A DNA stretch of 60,066 nt, counting the filler, from Squatina squatina (taxonomy: Eukaryota), in assembly GCA_031763465.1 (NCBI GenBank). It is 3 parts of 2 records of this genome, joined end to end, with 100 filler letters (N's around TTAATTAATTAA, not from the genome) between each part and the next. Parts side by side here need not be neighbours in the genome. Positions count along the whole stretch, not along the records: positions 19,015 to 45,868 come from JARFOE010000219.1; 2 more parts are not named here. One strand, given 5' to 3'. The translations under genes and the position numbers were made by a program. Shown here piece by piece: positions 21,953 to 36,339 of this stretch (positions within the stretch are counted from its first letter, which is position 1; every line of letters starts with the position of its first letter). The notes beneath the pieces were generated by a model. That model searched no databases and had not been told where the DNA came from. It saw only the letters and a program-made list of their open reading frames with translations.

Positions 21953-24900
21953 TCATTTAGATAAAAATAAAATAATAAAGAAAATGAAAGCATTGTGTTG
22001 ACATGCCACATTAAAATCCACTCCCCAGCACCATGGTGCTCTTAAAGGTACTGGCCTATTTTGTAAGCACTAAACTGACTGTCAGCAATGAGGCAAATAT
22101 AACTGCTGAACTTCAGCCCCATTCTTTCATAACTTCACATATAAGCTAAATTCTTAAGTTACTAAATTTTGCTTTCTTTGGAGCAAATGTTTTCCAATTG
22201 ACATTAGTTATTCAACACTTGACTAGAGTACCACGTACATCATAATGTGGTATGGCATTTATGGAACTCGGGGGCCTGACTGGATCTATAACACGCAAAT
22301 TTGTCAGTGTGTCTAATGTGCTTTGAGTGCTCTCTCTTTTATTTTTAAAAGTTCATCCCTGCACGGGCTTATTTTGTCTACCCTGCCGCCTGCCGCCCAC
22401 CCCCCCCCCCCCCAAATGGCAGTCTAGAGCTTTGGGGCTCATCAGTTGGCCAGTTAGAACTGTGAAAGCATATTCTTCTGCATAGCAATTTGCAGCATTG
22501 CCATTCCACTACCAGTTTTATTTTTCAAAATATTTATTGGAATATCTGTTGAAATGAGCATCTGCTCTTNNNNNNNNNNNNNNNNNNNNNNNNNNNNNNN
22601 NNNNNNNNNNNNNNNNNNNNNNNNNNNNNNNNNNNNNNNNNNNNNNNNNNNNNNNNNNNNNNNNNNNNNAGGTTTAGTAGACAGAAAAGAGTAAATGCTG
22701 CATTACTGAACTATAGTAACTGCAACAAATGATAACCCAGTAGAAGATCTCTGTATCTTAGCAACCCTAATGATAAGCTGGGTTGTTCAGTGCATCATAA
22801 CACCCACTCATTATTGTCATGCTGCTGATCTTCCAACTACAAGAACTGTCATTATTCCCAGTTCCCAACAGGTAAATACGCATGGGCAATAATATCATCT
22901 CGCTGTTTCGACATCAGGTCCACTGGATCCCTCACCAGTAATGCAACACTTATTCTCGCTTATGACCAAGTAGAGTTAAGTTTGTTAAGCAAAGAAAAAA
23001 TAACTTACTTAGGTATAGTAAGTAGCACTATACTACAGCACAAAATATCGTGGGTAGAAAGCTATTTGCTACAACACCTCTTTCAGCGAGGGTCAAGAAC
23101 AACCAGACTACAAGTCACGCTTAATGAACATATCACTGACAGACATAGCAGGGCACTGATAGTGCCTGACAAACAGCATCGGACTTGGATTACATTCATT
23201 ACCCTCTGGATAAGTAGTAAAGACGCACCGTTGCGTAGAATTATTGCCTTGAATCCGCACGCTGCTTTGAAAATACATTTATGATACGTACCAATCAGCT
23301 GAACTTCTAAAAGACAAAAATACTAATTGAAGCCTGAACTATGAAAATATATAATTCCATTAGGCTAGTCAACCAGGACTGCTCGGTTTAACAAATTGTT
23401 ACCAGGGTGTGAACTTAAACATTAAGGTGGCAATTGAGAAGTACATTTTTATTTTGTACCATCCACAATGCTAATTGATGAACACGAATTACCTCAGCCA
23501 ATATTTCTGGAGCACCCCACAGGCCCACAAGCAGTACAAGGCTTGTTTTTAGCTCAGTGACTGCANNNNNNNNNNNNNNNNNNNNNNNNNNNNNNNNNNN
23601 NNNNNNNNNNNNNNNNNNNNNNNNNNNNNNNNNNNNNNNNNNNNNNNNNNNNNNNNNNNNNNNNNTGCATCAGAGTAGCACGATTATACAAGAGTAGCTA
23701 CTGATTATACAAGATTTATTAAAACACAATGACGCATCATGTAACACCCCTCCTCACACGTTCTCTGATGTCTGTGACCCATGAATAATTCATACAATGC
23801 CAGATGAATACACGTAACCAATTAGCCAAATGTTTTATTTTCTTCTTTCTAGATGTCCTCCAAGCAGCATTTTCCAAGATGAAATGTATTTATAATTCAC
23901 AGTCCGGCAATGAACTTGTTCAGCATGATTGCCACTGGTACAGTGTTTTAGAATGCACAACACTGCAGCAAATCCTACTTCACCAGTGCAATGTCACGTT
24001 TGAAAATTCTATAGCTGAAAATAATAAAGAAATCTGTCTATTTCCATTTTGAAAATCCAATGGACATAAAAATACTGCACCATCGTTCCCACTGGGGCAG
24101 ACATTTATTAAAAAAATATTTCAGTTGGTGCATAGTCAACTGCATAAAAAATTTACAGGGAAAGCCTGAAGATTATTTAAAATCAAACCAGTTCTGCAAT
24201 TCCACAGCTGAAGCTCAAAGAATCAGTCATATAATAAAGCGAGCGAGGCCTTGCCTTTAATAAAAAATAAAAACCCTGTTTTTAGTAGGGGGCAGGGAAC
24301 AGATGGGGAGCAAGGTGGAGGGTGNNNNNNNNNNNNNNNNNNNNNNNNNNNNNNNNNNNNNNNNNNNNNNNNNNNNNNNNNNNNNNNNNNNNNNNNNNNN
24401 NNNNNNNNNNNNNNNNNNNNNNNNAATGTTACAGTCAGACTTGTAAATATATTTGGAAAAGAACTGAAACAATGAAACACTACATTTTAAGCATTTTAAT
24501 CTAATACAATGTTAATGGGTTTCAGATCAAACTATAGTATTGCGCTGCCTTACTGCAACCTTAATTAAAGTATGAATTTTTTATTTCCTGAATATTAATA
24601 TTTCATGCCAGATTTTGAAAATGTGCTGTACAAGTGTGACTAGTGAGGCTTCCCTGAGTTAGATGTTGAAATAGATTTTGCTAAAGCAGCTGGTCTTGGG
24701 GAATGTATCCTTTGCTTAGAAATTACGAAAGAAGCCTGGGTGGCCGTATTGCCAAGTTAGGGATCCCTAATCCTCAGCCACGGCATTAAGGAAAGCAGCA
24801 GGAAAGCGTACATTAAAGTGCTTTCCGACCATTCACTGGAAGAAACAGCAGAGCTAGGCTGCAAGCACATTACTCACATTTTACTACTGAGAATTTTCAC

Positions 24901-25839
24901 TGACTAATAATCAATTTATCCCTCGTTCCTTTACTGCAGTAAGTGCAACAAAATTCTTTTTTGGTTGACTGCTCCGATTAATCATGTTAGCCTTTTGTAT
25001 GCTTTGCAGTGCTTATTTGGGGAATTATAGTTCAGCACAGTATTACTCAGGTGAATGTTTTCATCCATTTTGATGACTGTATATTCACAGCTACCTACTG
25101 TATTTGAAGTGAATCATGCTGTTCTCAAAGCTAAAGGGAGATTGCGACCACAGAGTCCATCAAGGAGATGCAAATGAAGGTGACAAGCAAGAGTCTACCA
25201 CAATCTTCTCAAATGGAACACTATATAGTACGAGGATTTGGAATAAAATACGAAACTCAGGTTGGATCTAATCCAAATTATTCGATCATATGTGTTTTTG
25301 ATCCCAAACAAAGCCAGATAACTTTCACCCGAAGCATGTTGGCACACAAAATTCGGTCAGTTTTAAATTTGGCCAAGTTACTTAAAATTTTTGCATCAAA
25401 AAAAATCAAGAATATGCATTCTTACACCCCGGTCCAGACATTTCCGACCCTTGACCTCCAGGTTCCCCGGTCCCAACCTCTGATCTCCCTCCACCGCCCC
25501 CCCACCCGGCCCAGAGATCTCCAACCCCTGACCTCCAGGCTCCCTAGCCCCAACTCTTGATCACTCTCTTCCCCCGCCCCAACCCAGAGATTTGTGTCCC
25601 CTGACTTACAGGCTCCCCGCCCCCAGCCCACNNNNNNNNNNNNNNNNNNNNNNNNNNNNNNNNNNNNNNNNNNNNNNNNNNNNNNNNNNNNNNNNNNNNN
25701 NNNNNNNNNNNNNNNNNNNNNNNNNNNNNNNGTGTCAGTAAGTTTGCATTTGGCCTCCACAAGGTAGAGATCAGTGCGTCAATCTCGAACAACACTACAC
25801 TTGTCAGCAGGTGTTATGACAATTTTGGGGTTGGATCTT

Positions 25840-26330
25840 AGAGAGCGGAGTGCTGTAATTTCAGAGAGTGGTTGGTAAATTGCGTGAGGGGAGCAGAGAA
25901 ATTAAGACGGCCGATGTCACGTCGGCAGTTAGCAATGAAAAGATCTACATAGGGCAAGAGGCCAGAGGGAGGGTTCCAGGTAGAGGGAGAATTCTGAAAA
26001 CGGGTGAAAGGGTCAGCTGTGCGGGTAGAAGATTCCTGACCAAAGAAATGGGCACAGAGGCGGATGCGATGAATAAGGAACACCGCATCGTGCCGAGCTC
26101 GGAATTCATTGTGGTGAGGGCATGAGGCGATGAAACTCATGCCTTTCCTGAGGACTGATCTTTCAGCATCAGAGAGGGGAAGGTCAGCTGGGATAGGGAA
26201 AACACGACAGGCGGTCAGATTGGAAGAAGAGTTGGGATCAGGAGAAAGTGGAGGGGAAGAGCGTTCCGGATGGGCGTTGGCATCTAAAGGTTCCTGCAGC
26301 TTGCGATCCTTGACATCTGAAAGGAAATAA
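25840..26330 (-). mobile_element. Penelope-like element ORF fragment (N-terminal to RT)
   Basis: LSDAERSVLRKGMSFI...NEFRARHDA...RIRLCAHFF resembles the L.KGL.F.P motif of PLE ORFs; degenerate. Confidence 0.55.
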
Positions 26331-28032
26331 AAAAGTTATGTTCTTATATGTAAACCCCATATCTCTGCATTGTCGACCTGATAACAGATTGGTGGCAGAG
26401 AGGACAGCCAACGGTAACCAGTAACAGTAATTGGCGTACTGGATGATGGGCGTGGCATTGGTTGCCCAGTTGTCCAGATGCCACATTTGCGCTAAAGCCA
26501 TCCAACAGCTGAAGGTCACACTCGTCCCGATTCCACTAGGTATGTTGAGGAGGCTCAAGCACATGGAACAGTTCCATACAAATTCACTCCTATTTGGAGT
26601 TGCTCATTGGCGCAAGACCTTAAAACTTCCCTCAGAAGCCTCCGCCTCACAACTTGAGCCTTCTCTCGAAAATTCCCTCGACGCCATTCCATTCTGCATG
26701 GAGGGATTTCTTGCATAGGTTGCTCCTGCACATTCTCCAGATGCTTGCTCTCCTCTTCTGTCCGTACGCACACTGGTGTACCCTCTTGCCGCCCAGCAGA
26801 GGTAGGGACCCCCAGTGTAAGGCTCTCTACTCGAGGATCCTGCCCTGCACCACTGACATGGAGAGTACTGCAGGGAGCAAACACGTCTAATGTAGAGCTG
26901 AGCCACATTATCAAACAGAATCCACAAGTAATTTCTGCAGCCTGGAAGAAATGGTATTCCAGTTACAAGGAGTGTGAGAGGCTACAGCCCCTATTTTGCT
27001 ACATAACAGCAACTTGCATTTATAAGGACTCACGGGGAGATTTGTTCTGGCTGCGTACCTCTCTTCTGCGGTCATGTCAGCGGCCGAGTGGCCGTGGAGA
27101 GGGAACCTATAGTGCCCACTGGTGCATCCGAGGCCTTCCGCGACCGGTGGGCATCGCAGGACGTTAATTGTATAATTGATTACAATAACAAAATATTGAT
27201 TTAGTTCACGTTAAGCTTCTTTCAGTTTGACTGGACCTTGGTTAGATTATTTTTAGTGGTGCCCTCCTAAATGGGACATTTGTAGTACTGATTCCTGCCC
27301 CATGGCACTGGGGCTCCCAGTGTCACCTCTACTGGTCCAACTAAAACTGGACAGTGATATACAGTAATTATAATGAAACCCTAAAGATTCGATAAAATCT
27401 TTGTCCATGTGAACATAAGGAGATTTTTCGGAAGCTAACAGCTTGGATATCTCACTTACTTTGGCACAAATTAAGAGCATTAGAACAAGTCACTTGATAT
27501 TGAATGTTAAGTTATATGAAAACAATTAATACACTAAAAAGCAACTACCACAGAGCTACAGGTAGAACTCAAGATCACAAAGTGTAGCTATCACACAGAT
27601 GTAACACATGGCCAATTTATTAAACACTACTTCTCGGCTGTCAAATGCCTTTNNNNNNNNNNTTTCTATCTTTTAACTACAAATGTATTCTTCATTTTAC
27701 ACTATTCTCAGACAATTAAGTACCATTGGATACACATTTTTTTTTAAATAGCCTGATTCTTGCAGATCGACATTTATAAAACAACATGTAGAAGCATTCA
27801 ATGTAAAAGTAGAACAAAAGTCCCCATCAAGAAAACACAGACTCTTTCATCAATCAAAGTGCTGTGAAAGGAGTGATTTGTTTTGATCATTTGTTTGCTG
27901 TACTGGCATTAATCTGGCATGAAGCAACTATGNNNNNNNNNNNNNNNNNNNNNNNNNNNNNNNNNNNNNNNNNNNNNNNNNNNNNNNNNNNNNNNNNNNN
28001 NNNNNNNNNNNNNNNNNNNNNNNNNNNNNNNN

Positions 28033-28350
28033 CGAGCCGCGGCTGCACGGTGAAGGAGACATTGAAGCAAACGGCAGCAGGCGAGGCCGGAGCCGCGGGT
28101 CGGGGTCGGCGCCGGCGCCACGGTTACCTGTCAGCACTCCCACTCGGATCTGGTGGTCGTGGTTGGTTAAAAGTAGCCCCTCGGTCGCCATGTTTACAAC
28201 TCCGGGATCCGGCAAAAGCCTCCGAGCAGCAGCGGCACACGACGCGTCCTGAGGCGGCAGCAGCGGAGCGCAGACAGCATCGAGCCGCACTACCGCTCAC
28301 TGACAGCGAGCTGGAGCTGCACCGCCACCGGGCACCGGGCGGGCACTCAC
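28033..28350. promoter_or_regulatory. CpG island over the GPHN first exon
   Basis: Very GC- and CpG-rich segment around the start codon in an AT-rich block. Confidence 0.75.
28128..28191 (-). CDS. GPHN: Gephyrin exon 1 (start codon)
   Basis: AACATGG start context, MATEGLLLTNHDHQIRVGVLT, 64 coding bp, then a GTAACC donor. Confidence 0.96.
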
Positions 28351-28596
28351 TCACTGAGAGCTGGCACTGTACTGTGCACCGTGCATTCACTCACTCACTC
28401 ACTGAGAGCTGGCACTGCACTGTGCATTCACTCACTGATAGGGAGCTGGCACTGAACTGTGCACTCACTCACCCTCTGGGAGCTGGCACTGCATTGAACA
28501 CCGTGCATTCACGCACTTATTCACTGATAGGGAGCTGGCACTGCATTGGGCACCGTGCATTCACTCACTGATAGGGAGCTGGCACTGCACTGTGCA
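28296..28596. repeat. Minisatellite of about 30-45-bp units upstream of GPHN
   Basis: About 8 copies of a CTCACTGA(TAGG)GAGCTGGCACTG core; runs into a gap. Confidence 0.85.
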
Positions 28597-31500
28597 NNNN
28601 NNNNNNNNNNNNNNNNNNNNNNNNNNNNNNNNNNNNNNNNNNNNNNNNNNNNNNNNNNNNNNNNNNNNNNNNNNNNNNNNNNNNNNNNNNNNNNNNTAGC
28701 AGATTTCACTGGAAATAACCATGAGTTTTGAATCATGATTTTCTGCAGAGTTCGGAGATCAATGAAAAAAATTAAAGGTAGAAAGAATTTTACCAAATGT
28801 CTAAACATTTTGGAGGTTATTTTGGTGAAAGGGTGAAAACAGGCACTAAATGGGTAGTGTGCTAATAAGACACACCTGTTTTAAAGTCTGATTTTAGTAT
28901 GCAATTTTGGTCCCAATAGTTGATTACCACAATTTGAACTTGTCTGGAGGTGCTAAATCAGACACCTGCAGGTTTAGCACTCAAGTGCTGATTAAAACCA
29001 CTTTTCGTGGACCAGCATATGTGGGCTCCACGCACCCACTGAGAGGTGTGGAGTGACACACAGCAGCAGGTTTCAAGGTGGCTCAGGGACCGAGCGAGAG
29101 GCGCGGTGGAGGAGGTCCAAAGGAAACGAGATGTCCTGTACCCACAGAGGGAGATGGGGGTTACCTCGCCCTCCTGTCCCTCTGCTTAAGCAGCTGGTGC
29201 TGCTCTGCCTGGCCTCATGTCCTCTTCCCATTCCTCCTGCAAATCAAGGGGGACCCCTAGNNNNNNNNNNNNNNNNNNNNNNNNNNNNNNNNNNNNNNNN
29301 NNNNNNNNNNNNNNNNNNNNNNNNNNNNNNNNNNNNNNNNNNNNNNNNNNNNNNNNNNNNATGCACTGAGTGAGCTGTCAGATCTGGGAGTGTGCCCTCT
29401 GCTCCTTCAGACTGCTGTGATCTCCTTGAAGGAGCCGTACTACAGTCTTGTCTGATCTCCGTGACTCATGACTGTTCTACTACAATGAGTAGTACTACAA
29501 TAACTTCACTTTGGTAGCAACTCCCTCAGTGTGGCATTTGCTCCTGTGATCTGCATTCATCTCCTTCAGTCTGAAGTCATTTGCTGCAATGTGAAGTGAG
29601 GGGCTGGACTGTTGAGTGTGCGCCTCACCTCTGCAGGCAGCAGCTCGCCTCTGCACTTCACGCCTTAAGTGCCGATTTAGCGCCTCCAGAACGTGCCTCT
29701 CCAAAAAACTTTAAAAAAAAAGAATTTTGTAACATTATAACGCCTCTACGGCCAGGCGTGATTAAGGCGCTTAAAATTTTTGCAATGCCTTTACAGAGAC
29801 ACTACCGAATTTCACCCCCCTGGAGTCTGTAAATTATTTTGCTTTACTCACTGAAGGCAAAAAGAGCACTGAAGATCAACATAAATCTGCTCCAAGCAGG
29901 GAACTGGAGATATGTTTTGCACATGCCCAAAGAAGGAAAACTGCAGTGCTGGTTGCAGAAAGTGAACTGATGTCATTCCCCCTGATGTCACCCGTTGTCC
30001 TTCCTTTCTGAAACACACATTTCCTTGCTTCTGTGCTTCCATTGGAAATAAAAGTTCCCGATTGGATGCTTTCCCAGTTTGGCATTTGTATGCTGCACAA
30101 GGGACAAGAATTGAAAAATTGAGCCTCAACGAGTAAACCTTTGGAATTGTAGCATTATTTTAATGTTTAGCCTCTAACATAAAAGCCCAGAGACTTGAGC
30201 TTGGATTGGAATCATTTGATTCATTAATTTACATCTTTTGATTCACAGCTTCTGGAACAGAACACTCAGACCTGACAAGGGATATTTTTAGTAAGTGACA
30301 CCCTTGCCAGTGTTGACAGTCACTTCATTTTCAGTTGCCGTTCTTTTGACAAAATGCTAAAGCAAGGCCCTGCCTACTTTCTTTGCTGATGTGAAAGATC
30401 CCACAGCAGCAACTGCAAACTGAGTCCTCCTTTCCAGTATTCTAAGCTTCTTTGCTTCCAGCTGTATTGTTTTGTTGGACTTTGAAAATTCCATTGCTTC
30501 AAGTTAAAACGGAAAGATAAAATAATAGGATGACCTAAAGCGGCAAATGGTAATGAAATACACTTCGAGGTTAATGACCCAGAGCAGGACTGGATGCCGT
30601 CTTTTTGAGTCTCCTGGAAAATATTTCACATTTGTTCTCTTTCCTCTATCTTATCAAAGATCTGATTTGCCGTTATTGTTTAGATGGTTTTTTTTGATCT
30701 GTTTGTCTATCTTGCTCCTTAATTAATATTTTATTCTTGTTTCCAAACTAATTAATTACCCTCTGACTCTATATGCTTTTTCCAAATCTGTCAAATTTCT
30801 TACACATCTGCTGTTTGTCTTCCCAGCAGGCATCTTAATCTCCTTTTGTCTTTTCAGTTCACCAAATCCCTGCTGAATTCCTGCCACTGCATTTTACTTT
30901 GCTACGCCACCTGCAATTAGTTGAACATTTTAAATTCTGAACTCTTTCTGTCAGTGCAGAAAGACTCTAGATTGCTCCTCCATTTCTCGNNNNNNNNNNN
31001 NNNNNNNNNNNNNNNNNNNNNNNNNNNNNNNNNNNNNNNNNNNNNNNNNNNNNNNNNNNNNNNNNNNNNNNNNNNNNNNNNNNNNNNNNCTTCAGCTCTC
31101 CGCGGAGATTCCGCGGGCGATAAAAGTCCTTGCCCTGGAGAACTACTGGGGCGGTAGGGAATTTTGACCCCTAGGACAGAGGAATGCTACATGTACCGGA
31201 GATTGAAATAATTAGTTGAATGGGCACTGGGGGCAGGGAGAGGAGGGAAAGTGTCAGGTACCTACATTTCAAGCTCTCAAAGGCAAATGCCAAAGAAAAT
31301 TGAACTTTCACTGCAAACATCACTTTCAATTCTTTTCATGATATTTCAACAGATTTAGCTTATCTCTTACTATTGATCTGAACTCATTCAATACCGATTT
31401 CCCCACAGTCACAAACTTCCTATTTGATAAGCGAAAGGTTACTAAATCTCAGTGGAGGGCTATTTTTAAACTTGTTAACCTCTCGAGCTGTATCAACGTG

Positions 31501-32031
31501 ATAGCCAGTGGAGCATGGTGGGATACAAGACATGGTTCAATGAGGAAAGTAATTCAGAATCAATTGTGAGGCCAGAAATGTGTCACTGTGGGAATACAAC
31601 TCAGGACAGCAGATAAAAATATATGGGCATTGTTTCCTATCATTGGAGGCTGAATTTAATTTTATGCAAGCACTTAGAACAAGGTTTATGCCTCATGTTC
31701 CTTTTCGTAATATTTTTGTTGAATTTTCTGCTCATGGTTGGAGGTTGTGGAAAAGAATACATTTTTTCCCAATGTTTTATACAGGGTAAAGATCTTTCTG
31801 CACTGACGAAAACCATGCCTTAACCCTAACTGCTGAAGAATACCTCCTATTGCACTAAACATAGAAACATAGAAGATAGGAGCAGGAGTAGGCCATTCGG
31901 CCCTTCAAGCCTGCTCCGCCATTCAATGAGANNNNNNNNNNNNNNNNNNNNNNNNNNNNNNNNNNNNNNNNNNNNNNNNNNNNNNNNNNNNNNNNNNNNN
32001 NNNNNNNNNNNNNNNNNNNNNNNNNNNNNNN

Positions 32032-32640
32032 CATGGACAATGTATAGTAGACACCTCAAAGCACTGGAGAAGTACCACCAACATTGCCTCTGCAAAAACC
32101 TGCAAATCCACTGGCAGGACAGGTGTACCAATGTCAGTGTCCTCTCTCAGGCCAACATTCCCAGCATTGAGGCACTGGTCATGCTCAACCAGCTGCGATG
32201 GGCGGGCCACATCGTCCACATGCCTGATACAAGACTCCCGAAACAAGCGCTCAATTCTGAGCTTCGTCACAGCAAGCGATTACCAGGAGGGCAGAGAAAA
32301 CGCTTCAATGACGTCCTCAAAGCCTCCCTGAAAAAATGTAACATCCCCACTGACTCATGGGAATCTCTGGCCCAAGTCTGCCTGAACTGGAGCAGAAGCA
32401 TCCGCGCAGGCGCTGAGCACTTCATGCTTCTTCGACGGGAGCACGTGCAGGCCAAGCACAAACAACGGAAGGAGCGTGTGAAAACCTGAGCATCCCACCC
32501 ACTCGCCCCGCCAAATACCACCTGCCCCTCCTGTGGTAGAGTTTGTGGATCCCAAATAGGACTATTTAGTCACCTCGGAACCCACAACTCCAGAGTGGAA
32601 GCAAGTCACCCTCGACCCTGAGGGTCTGCCTGAGAAGAAG
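32032..32640 (+). mobile_element. RTE-clade LINE 3' part
   Basis: WTMYSRHLKALEKYH...QLRWAGHIVHMPDTRLPKQ...GGQRKRFND and a terminal C2H2-like motif CPSCGRVCGSQIGLFSHL. Confidence 0.85.
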
Positions 32641-33200
32641 AGTCCCCACACACTGGAATTTCTTCCCCAAACTTCTCCGCTTCTCCAACCACTCCATAAA
32701 ACCCATTTGCCCAATCCTTTCATCGCCCCTTCCTAATATCTCCTTCTTTGGCTCAAGGTCCATTTGCTCCATGTCGGATTACACTTCTGTGAAGCACCTT
32801 GGGATGTTTCTCAATGTTGAAGGCATTATATAAATCCAAGTTATTGTAATGAATCAAATCAATTGCAGATGTGTGCTTTGGAATCTGATCCCAATCTTTC
32901 TCCTAAGGTGGAGAGATAGTGTTACACATTTTTCTTGATTAAGAAAGTGGGTAAGGTGTCAGTGTTGGTGAATAGAATTTGTTTTAAACANNNNNNNNNN
33001 NNNNNNNNNNNNNNNNNNNNNNNNNNNNNNNNNNNNNNNNNNNNNNNNNNNNNNNNNNNNNNNNNNNNNNNNNNNNNNNNNNNNNNNNNNTGCAGAGATA
33101 AGATAAAGACAGACAGCAACAACAACTTGTATTTATATAAAGTGCCTTTAACGTAGTACAACATCCCATGGCGCTTCATAGGAGCGTTATCAAACAAAAT

Positions 33201-33892
33201 TTAAAGGATTAATTAAAATATTTATCATAACTTTCCCTCAGGATTCCCAGAATAAGTAAGACAATATTTTAGAGCAGCGGTAGGCAAGGTGGGATTTGTA
33301 AACAAGGAAAAGAATTTTGAAATCAGGAAGGATGGGGCACCAGTGAAGGTCTGTAAAGAGGGGTTGACAGGTGAGTAGGGCTTTGTGCAGGGATCGGTGT
33401 GGACAGTGGAGCTGTAGATCAATTGAAGCTTATGTCAGGTCATTTTAGGGGACCCGCAAGGAGACAACTGGAAAAGTCAAGTCTGAGGAGTGATGAAGTT
33501 GGTGATGAGGATTTCTGTGTGGTCAGGGTTTCATACTATCTGAACTGCATTTGGTTCAAATCTAGACTAGAAGTTTGAAATGATTTAATTCTTGGCCACA
33601 GAACTGGTTTTGTGTTCGTCAGGTTCGATTCAAGTATCTTTTGAACTTTAACCTTATTTGTCCTTGCTGATAGAAATACAAATCATTTAACATTCCACAG
33701 AGCTGTCATTACAAAGTTGTGCTAATAGTGGTAGAAACTTTGGTTGATCTAAATTAAGGATGCAACTAATTTCTTTTGTGAGTATTTGGACAGGTTTCTT
33801 CATATCTTATTAAAAGATTAATTAAAATATTAATCATAACTTTCCCACAGGATTGTCAAAGTAAGTAAGACAATATATCAGAGCAGTGGTAG
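33201..33892 (+). repeat. 83-bp direct repeat pair (33201-33283 and 33810-33892)
   Basis: Ungapped manual alignment, 10 mismatches in 83. Confidence 0.85.
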
Positions 33893-35264
33893 TTTTTTAA
33901 TATAAAAATTAGACAAAATTGCAACATTAAATTAATTTTCACATCATGTTTGTGCAACCACAGAGATCTTGCTGAATAATGCAATCTACAGTACAATGCA
34001 TCAAATTTTCTTTCAAAGTAGGTTTCGAATGGCTTTTTTTTAATGGACAACAGCAGTAATGAGGTCATCAAATGTCACATGATCAGCTGCGTCCATCCAA
34101 CCTTTACATTAGATATGCCAACTATAATTCTGTTTTGAATTTTTTTCCACATCCTTTGCACACACAACCTAACATTCAGTCCTTCAATATAACCAATTCT
34201 GTCTGTGATAAGACTCAAGATTCACTTATTAAAAATTCATAAATTACATGACCACTCGACCTCGCTTTGAATTTTTTGTTCAAGCTTAATTTGATGAAAT
34301 ATTAAAATAGTTGCAAGTAATAAGGTCAGATCTTCTTACTCCTTATAAATTATAAATTAGAATTTGTTTCTGAAGGGGGTCTGCTCTGTTCATTAGAACG
34401 GTATCAGATTTGAGTCCGTTACATTTTGCACTGATGCTGTGATATTTGATTGGAGCACCTTGTCAGTTTTAACACACTGTCCTTATAAATTAGGCGTTAT
34501 TCAGCCAAGTGCACCATTATAATTCCAGTGTAATTCGGGATGTCCCCTCCAGCATTGTTTTAAAATGATTTCTACAGAACATACTCAGTACTTTTCTTTC
34601 TTGCTCATAGCCATATTTTATTCAGCTCACAAGAGCCAATTTGGAGCCTGAGTGGAAGATACATAAGTGTTGGCTGTGTGAGTGACGCTAAGAAGAATTA
34701 TTTGTGCAATTTGGGTTCACAAGTGGTTCAAACGTGATCGTCCCCACACCGGCCACTGTATGTTCTGCTTTAAGCCCTATCATTTAGATAGTTTGTGAAG
34801 GTACTTCATTCTTGTATCACAGGTTGATTGACTGGATGTATCTCCATCAACCTGAGATCTTTTTAATGAGCTGTGTGCCCGCTCAATCATGAAGTTATGG
34901 AGGTGCATTGCTTGACAACTTCCAAAGCTCACATTCCAGACCTGTCACTTCATTGGAGTCAGACTCGTTCAATGTGGTGCAAAAATGTGAGTGAATTTTG
35001 CAGAGTTGTCAGCATCATGGAAATTGTTGAAATGTATGATCAAAAAGAGTGAGACTGATTGAAAACCCCGTTAAAAAAACATGGAGCCAGGCTCATTTTC
35101 TAGTGGGAGCTGTGTCAGAATAAGTTAGATGCTGCAAATAAGTTACAAAATGAGTCGGTCTTACATCATATGCGAGATGCTTGACATGTTGAGCTGCCTG
35201 GCTGAAGGAGGAAGCATTGTAATCACAGGTGACAGTAGGGAAGTGAAAAGAAAAACCTCATCTT

Positions 35265-35600
35265 TAATAACATTGTCCAAGTGATGTCTTTCATATGAGT
35301 AATTTAAACAGAAGACCTGTCTTTCTGCACGGATAGATGGTAAAGATCCCATGACACTATTCAAAGAAGAGAAGGAGTTCTCTTGTTGTCCCAGTAGATA
35401 TTCCTCCCTCAACTGACTCTACCAAAAGTATGTTATTTGGTCGTTCATTTGTTTGCTGTTATTGGGGCATTGTCTACACATTGGCTGCCACATTTGCCTA
35501 CAAAACAAGGGCTGCACTTGGGAAATGTAATCCATTGTTTGTAAAGCACTTTGAGATATCCTGAGAACATGAAAAGGCACTCAAGAAATGCACATTATTT
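35265..35600 (+). mobile_element. Old Deu-SINE-like copy
   Basis: Diverged match to 16586-16800. Confidence 0.55.
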
Positions 35601-35739
35601 TTTCTCCCTCCAAAGCTGTAATATTCTCCTTCAAACAGTCAAGCGATCAGTTTCCGATATTCAATAAAAACAATAACTTGCATTTATATAGTGCCCTTTA
35701 GCGTGGTAAATTGTCCCAAGCCATTTCACAGGAATGTTA

Positions 35740-36339
35740 TTTGTCTAAGTTGTCAGACTGCTTGTCCAACATCCATCCCTGGATGAGAAGAAATGCCCTC
35801 CAACTAAATATGGGGAAGACCAATTTTCATCTGTCCCGGTGACAAACTCTGCTCTCTTGTCATCGACTCCAATCCTCTCTCTGCCAACTGTCTGAGGCTG
35901 ACCAGACTGTTTGCGACCTTGGTGTTATTTTGACCCCGAGTTTAGCTTCCACCCACATATCTGCACCATAACTAAGAACACCTATTTCCACCTCCAGCAC
36001 TTTACCAGATCCCAAATCTGTCACAGCTGATCTTCTGCTGAAATCACCATCCATGTCTTTGTTCCCTCTAGACTTGGCTAATCATACACACTCCTGGCAG
36101 TCCTCCCATGGTGTAGACTCCGTAATTTGACGCAATTCAAAGCTCTTTTGCCCCTGTCCTAACTCGCACCATGTCCCATTCAACCATCACCCCTCTGCTC
36201 GGTGAGATACATTGGGTCAAGTTTAGTCAATATATGTATTGGAAATTTCTCATCCTTGTATTCAAATCCATCCATGATCTCGCCCCTTCCTGTATCTGAA
36301 ATCTGATCCGATCCTCACAACCCTCTGAACTATCTGCAC
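35740..36339 (+). mobile_element. L2-like LINE ORF2 fragment
   Basis: CLSNIHPWMRRNALQLNMGKT and RDLGVILTP motifs; related piece at 40420-40566. Confidence 0.7.

Noticed and set aside
28296-28596. CRISPR-like array
   Set aside because: Inter-core sequences are themselves repetitive, with no unique spacers.
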